The notes: generated from the sequence alone by a model not told the origin. A stretch of 64,000 nucleotides of DNA from Candidatus Gorgyraea atricola (GCA_030765235.1 JAVCCW010000028.1:24744-88743); one strand, 5' to 3'; shown: positions 1 through 9,350, counted from the stretch's first letter. Program-made: numbers and translations.

Positions 1-392
1 ATTGTGGCAGTGGCGCAATAGGCATTGAGGCCTTTTCGCGAGGCGCAAAAAGCATTAGTTTTGTTGAGAACGATGCCAGGTGTATTGCTATATTAAAGAA
101 GAATATATCTTTATTGCAGTTATCTAAAATAAATATATATGCTAGGGACGCGCTAAGGTGGATTAAGGAGAATAAGGAGGCTTTTGACATTGTTTTTCTT
201 GACCCGCCTTACTATAAAGACATGGCCAAAAAGACCTTGATAGCGCTATCTGATTGTGATATACTGGCTCGCAATGCGCTAGTAATAATAGAGGCGTATA
301 AGAAGGATATCCTGCCTGAAGAGGCGGGAACTTTAAAGAAAATACGCACCTGTAAGTACGGCGACACAAAACTGGAGTTCTATAAGACATGA
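1..392 (+). CDS. rsmD: 16S rRNA m2G966 methyltransferase RsmD (5'-truncated by window edge)
   Basis: The frame from nt 3 reads CGSGAIGIEAFSRGAK...FDIVFLDPPY...KYGDTKL (SAM motif and DPPY). It directly precedes coaD, the usual order. Confidence 0.9.
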   Translation, partial: CGSGAIGIEAFSRGAKSISFVENDARCIAILKKNISLLQLSKINIYARDALRWIKENKEAFDIVFLDPPYYKDMAKKTLIALSDCDILARNALVIIEAYKKDILPEEAGTLKKIRTCKYGDTKLEFYKT

Positions 393-868
393 AGAAGATA
401 GTCGTGTATCCTGGCAGTTTTGACCCGATGACCTATGGCCACCTGGACATTATAAAAAGGGCACTGAAGATATCAGATAAGGTAGTGGTGGCAGTCGCGC
501 ATAACTCTGAGAAGATGCCGCTTTTTGATGTAGGCGAAAGGGTCGATCTTTTAAAGAGGGCAGTCAAGGGATTTAAGAGGGTAGAGGTGGATGACTTTGA
601 CGGGCTGATCGTAGACTATGTCAAAAAAAAGAAGGCATCGGTTGTGATCAGAGGACTTCGCATGATCTCGGATTTTGAATATGAATTCCAGATGGCGCTT
701 ACCAATAGAAAGCTTGCCAGTAATATCGAGACCATTTTTATGATGCCCTCAGAGTCTTATTCGTATTTATCAAGCAAATTAATCAAAGAGGCAGCAGCCC
801 TTGGAGCAAATCTAAAAGGTTTTGTCCCTCCCTTTATAGAAAAGGCAATCAAAGAGAAACTAGGATAG
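389..868 (+). CDS. coaD: Phosphopantetheine adenylyltransferase
   Basis: YPGSFDPMTYGHLDII, IRGLRMISDFEYEFQMALTNR and SSKLIKE motifs. Confidence 0.97.
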   Translation: MKKIVVYPGSFDPMTYGHLDIIKRALKISDKVVVAVAHNSEKMPLFDVGERVDLLKRAVKGFKRVEVDDFDGLIVDYVKKKKASVVIRGLRMISDFEYEFQMALTNRKLASNIETIFMMPSESYSYLSSKLIKEAAALGANLKGFVPPFIEKAIKEKLG

Positions 869-874
869 GTGTAT

Positions 875-1813
875 ATGGGCTTTGTAGAAAAGATATACAA
901 GCAAGCCAAAAGAGCAAAAAAACGCATACTCCTGCCTGAGGGCAAAGAGCCCCGCGTTTTAAAGGCAGTTGATTTTATATTGAAGCATGATATATGCGTA
1001 CCTGTTCTTATCGCAGGCCCGGATGATTATAAAAATTTAGATAAGTATGTATCGCTTTATTGCGAGATCCGGAAACATAAAAATGTAAAAGAGAGTGACG
1101 CGCGGAGATTGATTTTGGAAAATCCTGTTTTTTATTCCGCGCTCGCAGTACGCGCAGGAGACGCGGATGGTTTTGTGGCAGGCGCATCTACCACTACGCG
1201 CGACGTTGCAAGAGCGGCTATCCATTGCATAGGGCCTGCAGAGGGTACGAAAACTATATCGAGCTCAAGCATTGTTATCCTTTCTGATGAGACCCTTGGA
1301 TCTAACGGGGTCCTTGTATACGCGGACTCAGGTATCATACCTGACCCTACTGCTGAACAGTTATGCGATATCGCGATAGCGTCTGCTAAGATGGCGCAGG
1401 CGCTGCTGGATGATGAGCCAAGGGTGGCAATGCTTAGCTATTCCACAAAAGGAAGCGGTGGTTCTGGAAAGAGCATAGAAAAGGTCCGCCAGGCAACGAA
1501 ACTTGTGATGGAAAAGGAACCGGATATAGTTATAGACGGAGAAATACAGATCGATTGCGCTGTTGTATCTAGTGTGGCTAAAAGAAAAGACCCTGACGGT
1601 AAAATAAAAGGCAAGGCAAACGTCTTTATCTTCCCAAATCTGGATGCGGGGAATATAGCTTATAAATTAACAGAGCGGCTTGCAAAGGCCCATGTGATCG
1701 GGCCTTTACTGCAAGGTCTTAAGAAACCTGCTAGCGATCTGTCCAGGGGCTGCGATTCACAGGATATCGTTGACGCGGTAGCAGTAACCGCGTTGAGGGC
1801 ACAAGAAGTTTAA
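875..1813 (+). CDS. pta: Phosphate acetyltransferase
   Basis: LPEGKEPRVL, RVAMLSYSTKGS, FIFPNLDAGNIAYK, SDLSRGC; adjacent to ackA. ATG 875 preferred over GTG 869. Confidence 0.93.
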   Translation: MGFVEKIYKQAKRAKKRILLPEGKEPRVLKAVDFILKHDICVPVLIAGPDDYKNLDKYVSLYCEIRKHKNVKESDARRLILENPVFYSALAVRAGDADGFVAGASTTTRDVARAAIHCIGPAEGTKTISSSSIVILSDETLGSNGVLVYADSGIIPDPTAEQLCDIAIASAKMAQALLDDEPRVAMLSYSTKGSGGSGKSIEKVRQATKLVMEKEPDIVIDGEIQIDCAVVSSVAKRKDPDGKIKGKANVFIFPNLDAGNIAYKLTERLAKAHVIGPLLQGLKKPASDLSRGCDSQDIVDAVAVTALRAQEV

Positions 1814-1815
1814 AG

Positions 1816-1905
1816 GCAAAGGTCTTTAAATAGAAAGGTAGGCTTTAGCCTGCCTTAATAGAAAAAGACCTTTGCTACATTATGTAGGTCACACTTTAGT
1901 GTGAC
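1816..1905. repeat. Nested hairpin plus GTAG-tagged REP-like palindrome between pta and ackA
   Basis: GCAAAGGTCTTT (1816-1827) and AAAGACCTTTGC (1864-1875) enclose AAGGTAGGCT-TT-AGCCTGCCTT. Then GTAG+GTCACACT-TT-AGTGTGAC at 1884-1905. Confidence 0.75.
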
Positions 1906-1930
1906 AAAAGAGTGTGCCAAAAATTAAATT

Positions 1931-2959
1931 ATGAAAATTCTAGTATTAAATAGCGGAAGTTCATCCATAAAATATAAGCTCTTTGACATATCAAAGAATA
2001 AAGAAACGCTTTTAGATAAAGGCATGGCGGAGAGAGTTTCTGATCATAAGGAGGCGTTGAGTTTAATATTGAAAAAAATAGATTCAAAGATAGAGGCCTG
2101 TGGTCACAGGGTCGTGCATGGCGGGGATAGATTTAAAACAGCAGCACTGATCGATGAAACTGTAATGGAGACAATAGAACATTTTAGTGAATTAGCACCT
2201 CTTCATAATCCGCCAGCGCTTCTGACAATAAATGAGTCAAAGAAACTTCTTCCGGATGTGCCGCACGTAGCAGTGTTTGATACAGCCTTTTTTCAGACAA
2301 TGCCGGAATGCGCGTATCTATATGCTATACCGTATGCGCTTTACGAGAAACACAAGATCCGAAAATATGGTTTTCATGGCACATCTCATAAGTATGTAGC
2401 AGGTCAGGCCGCGAGGATCTTGAAAAAGTCCATTGATAAGCTAAAGATCATCACCTGTCATCTGGGGAATGGATGCAGTATAGCTGCTGTTAAAAGCGGC
2501 AAGGCCATTGATACAAGTATGGGATTTACGCCTTTGGAAGGCCTTATCATGGGGACGCGCTCAGGAGATATTGATCCGACAATAGTTTCTTATATTATGA
2601 AGAAACAGGGCGTGGATATTGATAGGGCGATTGAGATTTTGAACAAGGAGAGCGGGCTTTTAGGTATCTCGGGTATAAGCAATGACATGCGCGAGATAGT
2701 AAGAAAAAAAGACGATAAGAGGTCAGCCCTTGCGCTAAAGATGTTTGCGTACAGGATTAAAAAATACATCGGCGCTTATATAGCTTCAATGGGTGGAGTG
2801 GATGCAGTGGTCTTTACAGGTGGTATTGGCGAGAATCACCCAAACCTGGTGAAAGAAATATGCAAAGACGTTGTATCGCCAAAGGTCAGGATATTATCGA
2901 TTCCAACAGATGAGGAATTGATGATCGCGAGAGATACGTATGAAAATATATGTAGATAA
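1931..2959 (+). CDS. ackA: Acetate kinase
   Basis: ILVLNSGSSSIKY, GHRVVHGG, LAPLHNP, YGFHGTSH, CHLGNG, DTSMGFTPLEGL, FTGGIGEN, PTDEELMIA. Confidence 0.97.
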   Translation: MKILVLNSGSSSIKYKLFDISKNKETLLDKGMAERVSDHKEALSLILKKIDSKIEACGHRVVHGGDRFKTAALIDETVMETIEHFSELAPLHNPPALLTINESKKLLPDVPHVAVFDTAFFQTMPECAYLYAIPYALYEKHKIRKYGFHGTSHKYVAGQAARILKKSIDKLKIITCHLGNGCSIAAVKSGKAIDTSMGFTPLEGLIMGTRSGDIDPTIVSYIMKKQGVDIDRAIEILNKESGLLGISGISNDMREIVRKKDDKRSALALKMFAYRIKKYIGAYIASMGGVDAVVFTGGIGENHPNLVKEICKDVVSPKVRILSIPTDEELMIARDTYENICR

Positions 2960-3410
2960 GATATTGCCAGAGGGATTAGATCTTGCAGAGAAAATAGACC
3001 CGGGTAAGATCTCGTCGGATCTGGCAAAGCAGGGCACGGCTTTTTTTGATTCAATAGATGTGAAGGCAAGGGTCACAAAGGCAGGGATGGAGGTCTTTGT
3101 CGATATTTCCCTGGAATCACCTGTTGAATATACGTGCAGTCGCTGTCTTGCTAAGATCAAGGATACTTTTAAGAAAAGTTTTAACACCAATTATGAAGTC
3201 CATCCAGGAGATATTCTGGAGATAGATGACGACATAAGACAGGAAATAATGCTGGATAGTCCGATAAAGATCGTTTGCAAACCTGATTGTAAAGGGCTAT
3301 GCCCGAATTGCGGTCAGAATTTCAATGTAGATGAATGTGAGTGCAAAACAGAAAACAGAAAACAGAAGACAGAAGACGGAAGACAGAAAAATCTGTTATC
3401 TGACCTCTGA
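2940..3410 (+). CDS. yceD: YceD/DUF177 family protein
   Basis: CSRCL and CKPDCKGLCPNCGQN motifs; lies just upstream of rpmF. The last ~20 aa come from a heptamer repeat. Confidence 0.88.
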   Translation: MKIYVDKILPEGLDLAEKIDPGKISSDLAKQGTAFFDSIDVKARVTKAGMEVFVDISLESPVEYTCSRCLAKIKDTFKKSFNTNYEVHPGDILEIDDDIRQEIMLDSPIKIVCKPDCKGLCPNCGQNFNVDECECKTENRKQKTEDGRQKNLLSDL

Positions 3411-3426
3411 CTTCTGTCATCTGAAC
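3345..3426. repeat. Inverted heptamer tandem array (ACAGAAR)x6 / (TCTGWNN)x5
   Basis: Left arm acagaaa acagaaa acagaag acagaag acggaag acagaaa; right arm tctgtta tctgacc tctgact tctgtca tctgaac. Confidence 0.85.
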
Positions 3427-3448
3427 GATTATACAAGGAGGTTGAGAA

Positions 3449-3649
3449 ATGGCTTTACCAAAACGAAGACATTCGAGTTCAAGGCAGGGTAAGCGCAGAG
3501 GCGCGCAGAAGATCCATGTGCCGAGCGTATCAGTATGTCCGGATTGCAAGGCGCCAAAGTTATCACACAGGGTATGTCCTGCCTGTGGCTTTTACAAAGG
3601 CAGACAAGTCGTGCAGATAAAGAAGAAAGAGAAAGAAGAGAAGAAGTAG
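3449..3649 (+). CDS. rpmF: 50S ribosomal protein L32
   Basis: MALPKRRHSSSRQGKRR, CPDC...HRVCPACGFYKGR; RBS AAGGAGG. Confidence 0.97.
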   Translation: MALPKRRHSSSRQGKRRGAQKIHVPSVSVCPDCKAPKLSHRVCPACGFYKGRQVVQIKKKEKEEKK

Positions 3650-3655
3650 TAGTGA

Positions 3656-3764
3656 GGGACAAGGGACATGGGACCCCATACGAGAATCAAAGATTTCGTA
3701 CGGGGCAGGCAAGAGACAAGGGGGTTTAGATACTCCTTGTCCCTTGTTGCTTGTCACTTGTCCC
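3656..3764. repeat. Inverted heptamer array (GGGACAA)x4 / (TTGTCCC)x4 with a nested 36-nt hairpin element (3675-3710)
   Basis: gggacaa gggacat gggac[cccatacgagaatcaaagatttcgtacggggcaggc]aa gagacaa ... ttgtccc ttgttgc ttgtcac ttgtccc. Confidence 0.9.
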
Positions 3765-3782
3765 CAAAGATGAGGTTTTGTC

Positions 3783-4769
3783 ATGATAAAGATAGCTTTA
3801 GACGCAATGGGATCGGATAATGCGCCGGGTGTGGATATTGAGGGTGCTGTGCTGGCGGCCCGTGAATATGACCACCAGATAATCCTGGTGGGTCAAAAAG
3901 ACCTCATTGAAAAGGAACTTGAAAATCACGGATCTATTCCAAAAAATATCTCCATAGAGCATGCCCCAGAGGTCATAGGCATGCACGAGCAGCCCGTTCT
4001 TAGCGTCAGAAGAAAAAAACATTCCTCTATTGTGACCCTGGCGAATCTTGCAAAAGAAAAAAAGGTAGACGCTATTGTCAGCGCGGGCAATACAGGCGCA
4101 ATGGTGTGCGCTGCCACGCTTAAATGCAGGCTTCTTCCTGGAATAGAAAGGGCAGGCATAGGTATTGTCATGCCTACCTTAAGAGATACGGCCTTGATGA
4201 TAGATGTAGGAGCTAATATAGGCGCTAAGCCCAAGCATCTCCTGCAGTATGCGATAATGGGAAGCGCCTATTCAGAATGTATATTAAATAAAAAATCCCC
4301 AAAGGTAGGGCTTCTGAATATCGGAGAGGAAGAATCAAAAGGCACGGGTTTTTTGAAAGAGGCATATGGACTTTTAGAGCTCTCGGGCCTGAATTTTATA
4401 GGCAATATCGAGGGCAGGGATCTTTTTATGGGAGATTGCGATGTTATCGTGTGCGATGGCCTGGTCGGGAATGTGGCGCTCAAGGTTTCAGAGAGCACTG
4501 CGCACGCCCTTACAGAGATGCTTAAGCAATACCTGAACAGCAGTTTTATTACAAGGCTTTCTGCTGTACTGGGCAGAAGCGCCTTTCGTTTATATAAGAA
4601 AAAGATGGATTCTGCCGAGTATGGCGGCGCGCCGCTTTTGGGTATAAATGGGATCTCTATAATATGCCATGGTTCTTCGAGCGCCAAGGCGATCAAGAAC
4701 GCTATTCGGGTAGCAGGCGAAGAATTCAATAAGAATGTAAATCAACATATAGTTGAGAAGATTTCATAG
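3783..4769 (+). CDS. plsX: Phosphate acyltransferase PlsX
   Basis: IALDAMGSDNAP, VSAGNTGA, DVGAN, GLLNIGEEESKG, CDGLVGNVALK, YGGAPLLG. Confidence 0.97.
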   Translation: MIKIALDAMGSDNAPGVDIEGAVLAAREYDHQIILVGQKDLIEKELENHGSIPKNISIEHAPEVIGMHEQPVLSVRRKKHSSIVTLANLAKEKKVDAIVSAGNTGAMVCAATLKCRLLPGIERAGIGIVMPTLRDTALMIDVGANIGAKPKHLLQYAIMGSAYSECILNKKSPKVGLLNIGEEESKGTGFLKEAYGLLELSGLNFIGNIEGRDLFMGDCDVIVCDGLVGNVALKVSESTAHALTEMLKQYLNSSFITRLSAVLGRSAFRLYKKKMDSAEYGGAPLLGINGISIICHGSSSAKAIKNAIRVAGEEFNKNVNQHIVEKIS

Positions 4770-4781
4770 AGAGGAGATGCG

Positions 4782-5759
4782 ATGCAGGAAGCTGGGATAT
4801 TAGGGTTAGGCTGTTATCTACCTCCAAAGAAATTAACGAACAGTGATATCGAAAAAATGGTAGATACAACGAATGAGTGGATAATTACTCGAACAGGCAT
4901 TAAAGAAAGAAGGATCGCGCCTAAAGAAGTTGCTGCGAGTGATCTTGGCGTCGAGGCGTCCAAGGCTGCTATTGAAAATGCCGGATTAAAACCAGAGGAT
5001 ATTGATTTAATTATTACAGCTACAATAACCCCTGACATGGCATTTCCTGCTACGGCGTGCATTATACAGGATAAGATCGGCGCAAAAAATGCTGCTGCAT
5101 TTGACATAAACGCTGCATGTACTGGTTTTGTTTATGGTATAGTCCTGGCCAAACAGTTTATTAATACAGGTACATATAATAATGTTTTAGTAGTGGGTAC
5201 AGAAAAGCTGACGAGCATTGTTGACTGGACAGATAGATCGACCTGTGTATTATTTGGAGATGGCGCAGGCGCGTGTGTAGTGGGAAAGAGTAAAGAAAAG
5301 AGGATAGTTTCTAGCTTCCTGGGCGCAGACGGCTCAGGCGGTCATCTTTTAAGTATGCCTGCGGGCGGCTCAAGATTACCTGCTACAGAGGATACAGTTA
5401 AAAATAAGCTGCATTTTCTTAAGATGGAAGGAAATGAGGTATTCAAGATCGCAGTCAGGATAATGGTGCAGGCTGCTGACAAGGCGATCAAGAAAGTAGG
5501 ACTTAAGCCCAGTGATATAAATCTAGTTATCCCTCATCAGGCAAATATCAGGATACTTATGGCAGTTGCAAAGAGATTGGGCCTGCCTGAAGAAAAGATT
5601 TTTTTGAATATAGAGAAATACGGAAATATGTCAGCAGCCTCTACAGCAGTTGCGCTGGCAGAAGCAGGCCAGCAGGGTAAGTTAAAGAAGGGCGATAATG
5701 TGGTGCTGGTTGCGTTTGGCGGAGGACTTACTTACGGAGCAGCTGTTATAAAATGGTAA
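4782..5759 (+). CDS. fabH: 3-oxoacyl-ACP synthase III
   Basis: WIITRTGIKERR, AACTGF (Cys), PHQANIRI (His), YGNMSAAS (Asn), AFGGGLTYG. Confidence 0.97.
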   Translation: MQEAGILGLGCYLPPKKLTNSDIEKMVDTTNEWIITRTGIKERRIAPKEVAASDLGVEASKAAIENAGLKPEDIDLIITATITPDMAFPATACIIQDKIGAKNAAAFDINAACTGFVYGIVLAKQFINTGTYNNVLVVGTEKLTSIVDWTDRSTCVLFGDGAGACVVGKSKEKRIVSSFLGADGSGGHLLSMPAGGSRLPATEDTVKNKLHFLKMEGNEVFKIAVRIMVQAADKAIKKVGLKPSDINLVIPHQANIRILMAVAKRLGLPEEKIFLNIEKYGNMSAASTAVALAEAGQQGKLKKGDNVVLVAFGGGLTYGAAVIKW

Positions 5760-5761
5760 TA

Positions 5762-5846
5762 AATCGCGGAACCAGCGCAGAAGCTAAAGTAGACAAATCT
5801 GTCAGTGACTGATTTGTCTACTTTAGACGCGGAACTTACGCAGAAG
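5762..5846. repeat. ~10-mer array (CGCGGAA/CGCAGAA units) interrupted by a 43-nt hairpin
   Basis: aatcgcggaaccagcgcagaag [ctaaagtagacaaatc-tgtcagtgact-gatttgtctactttag, 5784-5826] acgcggaacttacgcagaag. Confidence 0.8.
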
Positions 5847-5854
5847 CGAAAAAT

Positions 5855-6826
5855 ATGAAAAATGTAAGTTATATTTTTCCAGGGCAGAGCGCGCAGCATG
5901 TTGGCATGGGCAAGGATCTGTATGAAAATTGCCCTGAGGCAAAAGACGCGTTTGATGAGGCAGAAAAGATTTTACCAGAGGCAGGCATTAAGAAACTCTG
6001 CTTTGAGGGACCTCTTGAAGAACTAACTCAGACAGCGAATAGTCAGGTGTGTATTCTTGTGGCTAGTGTGGCGGCGTTGAAGGCATTAGTGACAAGTGAC
6101 AAGGGACCCCATACGAAAATCGGAGATTTCGTACGGGGCAGGCAAGGGACAAGGGTTGTTGCTTGCGCAGGGCTTAGTTTGGGAGAACTCACGTCGCTTG
6201 TGGCTGCAGGAAGTATTGAATTTGCTGATGCTGTGCGCCTCGTTAGACGGCGTGGCGAATTAATGGAAGAGTCGTCCAGGAAGAATCCAGGCAGCATGGC
6301 CTCTATAATCGGCCTGGCGCTCGAGGATCTAAAAAAAGTTTGTGCTGAGACAGGCGCTGAGATAGCAAATCTAAATTGCCCTGGCCAGATAGTCATATCC
6401 GGGAGAAAAGAATCTGTTGAAAAGGCAATGCCCCTTGCGTTAGAAAAAGGCGCTAAAAAGGCAATAGCCTTAAAAGTGAGCGGAGGATTTCATTCTTCTT
6501 TAATGAAGGAGGCAGCAGATCTTTTTAAAATAGAACTGGACAAGGTAAAATTTTCAGCGCCTCAGATAGGTGTTGTCAGTAATGTAACCGCGGATTATGA
6601 AAAAACGCCTGACGAGATCAAAGATAATCTCGTTAAACAGCTATTTAGTCCAGTGCGCTGGGAAGAATCTATAAAGAGAATTGCCTCCTCAGATGGGGGC
6701 GTTGATATATTTTTTGAAATCGGCCCAGGGAAAGTGCTAAAAGGATTATTGCGTAGAATAGATGGTAATCTAAAGGTCCATAACATAGAAAAAGTACAAG
6801 ATATAGAAAATATAAAAAAGATGTAG
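5855..6826 (+). CDS. fabD: Malonyl-CoA:ACP transacylase (contains an in-frame repeat insert)
   Basis: FPGQSAQHVGMG, GLSLGE (catalytic Ser), NLNCPGQIVISG, VSGGFHS, PVRWEES, EIGPGKVL. Confidence 0.95.
   Translation: MKNVSYIFPGQSAQHVGMGKDLYENCPEAKDAFDEAEKILPEAGIKKLCFEGPLEELTQTANSQVCILVASVAALKALVTSDKGPHTKIGDFVRGRQGTRVVACAGLSLGELTSLVAAGSIEFADAVRLVRRRGELMEESSRKNPGSMASIIGLALEDLKKVCAETGAEIANLNCPGQIVISGRKESVEKAMPLALEKGAKKAIALKVSGGFHSSLMKEAADLFKIELDKVKFSAPQIGVVSNVTADYEKTPDEIKDNLVKQLFSPVRWEESIKRIASSDGGVDIFFEIGPGKVLKGLLRRIDGNLKVHNIEKVQDIENIKKM
6089..6155 (+). repeat. Intragenic (GKGACAA)x4 array with nested 36-nt element (6108-6143), in frame in fabD
   Basis: gtgacaa gtgacaa gggac[cccatacgaaaatcggagatttcgtacggggcaggc]aa gggacaa ggg; translates as VTSDKGPHTKIGDFVRGRQGTRV. 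Confidence 0.9.
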
Positions 6827-6940
6827 GGGTGAGGATGAGTTGTGGGTCGAGTTGTGAGTTGTGAGGGTGAGTTTAAAAACCCACAACCCACCCACACAAC
6901 CCGACACACAACTCATAACACACCCCCATAACTCACAACA
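6827..6940. repeat. Degenerate inverted heptamer array (GAGTTGT)n / (ACAACTC)n
   Basis: A G/T-rich arm gagttgtgggtcgagttgtgagttgtgagggtgag is followed by a C/A-rich arm acccacaac...cacaactcataac...ataactcacaac. Confidence 0.75.
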
Positions 6941-6952
6941 AGAGTCATTATC

Positions 6953-8191
6953 ATGAAACGTCGCGTAGTAATAACAGGTCTGGGCGTAATAGCGCCGAAT
7001 GGCGTGGGTAAGCGGGCGTACTGGGATGCCTTGAAGCAGGGGCGTTCTGGCATTCGCCGAATTACGCGTTTTGACCCGAGCCCTTTTCCCACACAGTTTG
7101 CTGGTGAGGCGGATTTTGACCCTGCCAAATTTATTTCCTTTAAACAGCTAAAGCGAATGGACAGGACTTCGCATCTTGCGGTTTCAGCAGCAAAGATGGC
7201 AGTAGAAGATGCAGGCCTTAATATTAAAGACGAAGATCCTGAGCGCATAGGTGTTGTCGTAGGCACTGCAATGGCTGGCCATGGCAGGATACTTGAACAG
7301 CATGATGTATTTATAAAAAAAGGGCCGATGAAAATAGATACATTTACTGCGATAGCGTCTTTTCCAGATGCGCCGTCGAGTCAGATTTCCATAGAGCTTG
7401 GCATTAATGGCCCGAGCTTTTCTATTGCCACTGCATGTTCTTCTGCCTCAGATGCGATCGGCTATGCCTTTAATGCGATCAGAAACAAAGATCTTGATAT
7501 AGTCATTATGGGAGGTGCTGATACTCCTATATTTCCACCTATACTTGGCGCATTTTGTGTCTTAAGGGCATTGTCAAAGAGAAACGATGCGCCTGAGAGG
7601 GCCTCAAGGCCGTTTGATAAGGAAAGGGATGGTTTTGTGCTTGGCGAAGGCGCAGGGATTTTAATACTGGAAGACCTGGAACATGCCTTAAAGCGCAATG
7701 CCCATGTCTATGGCGAGATCTCAGGTTTTGGCATGACATGCGATGCCTATCATATGACAAAACCAGAGCCTTCGGGAACTCAAGCAATAAGGGCATTGAA
7801 GCAGGCATTGCAGGACGCAAAGGTGAAACCAGCCGAGATACAATATATCAATGCGCACGGCACATCAACTCTACTGAATGACAAAAACGAAACGTTTATC
7901 ATAAAAGAGGTTTTTGGAAAATACGCGACTAAGCTTCCAATAAGTTCAATAAAATCCATGATAGGACATTTAATAGGCGCTGCTGGCAGCGTGGAATTAA
8001 TAGGCGCCTTGATGGCCATTGAAGAAGGTGTCATTCCGCCTACGATAAACTATGAAGCGCCTGATCCGGAATGTGATCTTGATTTTGTACCTAATAAGGC
8101 AAGAGAGGCAAAGGTAGACGTGCTCTTAAAGAATTCGTTTGGATTCGGAGGCAAAAACTCAGCGCTTGTGGTTAAGAGTTTTAAAGGATAA
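6953..8191 (+). CDS. fabF: 3-oxoacyl-ACP synthase II (FabF paralog 1)
   Basis: RRVVITGLG, ATACSS (Cys), NAHGTST (His), KSMIGHLIGAAG (His), NSFGFGGKN. Confidence 0.9.
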   Translation: MKRRVVITGLGVIAPNGVGKRAYWDALKQGRSGIRRITRFDPSPFPTQFAGEADFDPAKFISFKQLKRMDRTSHLAVSAAKMAVEDAGLNIKDEDPERIGVVVGTAMAGHGRILEQHDVFIKKGPMKIDTFTAIASFPDAPSSQISIELGINGPSFSIATACSSASDAIGYAFNAIRNKDLDIVIMGGADTPIFPPILGAFCVLRALSKRNDAPERASRPFDKERDGFVLGEGAGILILEDLEHALKRNAHVYGEISGFGMTCDAYHMTKPEPSGTQAIRALKQALQDAKVKPAEIQYINAHGTSTLLNDKNETFIIKEVFGKYATKLPISSIKSMIGHLIGAAGSVELIGALMAIEEGVIPPTINYEAPDPECDLDFVPNKAREAKVDVLLKNSFGFGGKNSALVVKSFKG

Positions 8192-8195
8192 CGAA

Positions 8196-8237
8196 GCTTT
8201 TCTGTAGGCCAGGTTTAAACCTGGCCTACAGAAAAGC
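8196..8237. repeat. Perfect 42-bp palindrome with GTAG-type REP-like core
   Basis: GCTTTTCTGTAGGCCAGGTTT|AAACCTGGCCTACAGAAAAGC; the 26-bp core is identical to 24753-24778. Confidence 0.9.
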
Positions 8238-8267
8238 GGAGTTATCCAATGGATAACGGAGGATATT

Positions 8268-9017
8268 ATGTGCGAGTTATCATTAGAAGGTAAAGTAGCA
8301 CTAGTAACAGGCGGCGCAAGAGGCATTGGCAAGGAGATCGCGCTCTCTTTTGCAAGGGAAGGCGCGAATATAGCCCTGTGTGATGTGAATCTTGAGGAAA
8401 CAGAGAAGACTGCTAAGGAAATCCGTGATTTAGGCAGGGATTGTCTTGCCTTGAAGACAGATGTCACCAGCCTAAAGGATGTGCAGGATATGATGGATAA
8501 AATTCTTGACAAACTTAGCAAATTAGATATACTTATAAACAACGCTGGCATAACAAAAGACGGCCTTGTCCTTAGGATGTCTGAACAGGACTGGGACAAA
8601 GTCATAGCAGTTAATCTAAAAGGCTGCTTTATCTGCACAAAAGTAGCGTCAAAGGTTATGCTGAAGCAGAGATTTGGCAAGATAGTTAATCTTGCTTCGA
8701 TCATTGGTATAATGGGTAACATTGGTCAGGCTAATTATGCAGCCTCCAAGGCAGGTATAATAGGGCTTACGAAGAGCGTGGCAAAAGAGCTGGCACCCCG
8801 CGGCGTATGTGTGAATGCAATAGCGCCCGGATTCATAAAGACAGAGATGACAGCCAAATTGCCAGAGGATATACAGAAGAAGATGCTTTCGTTTATACCG
8901 CTTGGACGTTTTGGAGAGCCAAAGGACGTAGCGAATCTCGCGCTGTTCCTTTCGAGCGAAAACTCTTCATATATAACTGGCCAGGTAATACAAATCGACG
9001 GCGGAATGTTGATGTAA
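8268..9017 (+). CDS. fabG: 3-oxoacyl-ACP reductase
   Basis: [52 protein letters not shown]. Confidence 0.96.
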   Translation: MCELSLEGKVALVTGGARGIGKEIALSFAREGANIALCDVNLEETEKTAKEIRDLGRDCLALKTDVTSLKDVQDMMDKILDKLSKLDILINNAGITKDGLVLRMSEQDWDKVIAVNLKGCFICTKVASKVMLKQRFGKIVNLASIIGIMGNIGQANYAASKAGIIGLTKSVAKELAPRGVCVNAIAPGFIKTEMTAKLPEDIQKKMLSFIPLGRFGEPKDVANLALFLSSENSSYITGQVIQIDGGMLM

Positions 9018-9034
9018 TAAAAGGAGGGCGGACA

Positions 9035-9274
9035 ATGGCAGTAGCAGAGAAAGTAAAATCAATAATAGCAGAGCAGTTAGGCGTGAAGCCGGAAGAGGTA
9101 GTTCCTGAGGCATCTTTTATCGATGATCTTGGCGCGGATTCTCTTGATACAGTAGAGCTGGTAATGGCGCTCGAAGAGGAATTTGGCACAGAGATCCCTG
9201 ATGAGGATGCTGAAAAGATCACTACTGTGGGCGACGCTGTTAAATACATAGAAGAGAAGTCAGCAAAGAAATAA
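9035..9274 (+). CDS. acpP: Acyl carrier protein
   Basis: [16 protein letters not shown]...[21 protein letters not shown]; RBS AAGGAGG precedes ATG 9035. Confidence 0.97.
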   Translation: MAVAEKVKSIIAEQLGVKPEEVVPEASFIDDLGADSLDTVELVMALEEEFGTEIPDEDAEKITTVGDAVKYIEEKSAKK

Positions 9275-9300
9275 TATCTTTGCTTGGATCTGAGATGAAC

Positions 9301-9350
9301 GGGTTAGAAGAGTAAATCTGTATCTAATTCTCTTCTAACCCTTTACTTTT
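9301..9350 (+). terminator. Putative intrinsic terminator/attenuator after acpP
   Basis: 12-bp stem GGGTTAGAAGAG/CTCTTCTAACCC with a 17-nt loop, followed by TTTACTTTT. Confidence 0.55.

Noticed and set aside
3675-3710. 36-nt palindromic repeat as a CRISPR repeat
   Set aside because: The copies are kilobases apart, two lie inside genes, and there are no spacers or cas genes.
3535-3784. Short ORFs spanning repeat regions (3535-3729, 3563-3784, 6595-6909, 35414-35620)
   Set aside because: They stay open largely because the repeats lack stop codons, and they overlap real genes.
6683-6700. Small hairpin GCCTCC-tcagat-GGGGGC in fabD as another inserted element
   Set aside because: The stem is only 6 bp with a G-T pair and has no second copy, so it could be chance.
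8241-8257. GTTATCCAATGGATAAC as paired DnaA boxes
   Set aside because: It has two mismatches to TTATCCACA and there is no box cluster or unwinding element. It is only a small palindrome before the fabG RBS.
8807-9034. 155-aa extended ACP
   Set aside because: It overlaps fabG in another frame. A strong RBS supports ATG 9035.
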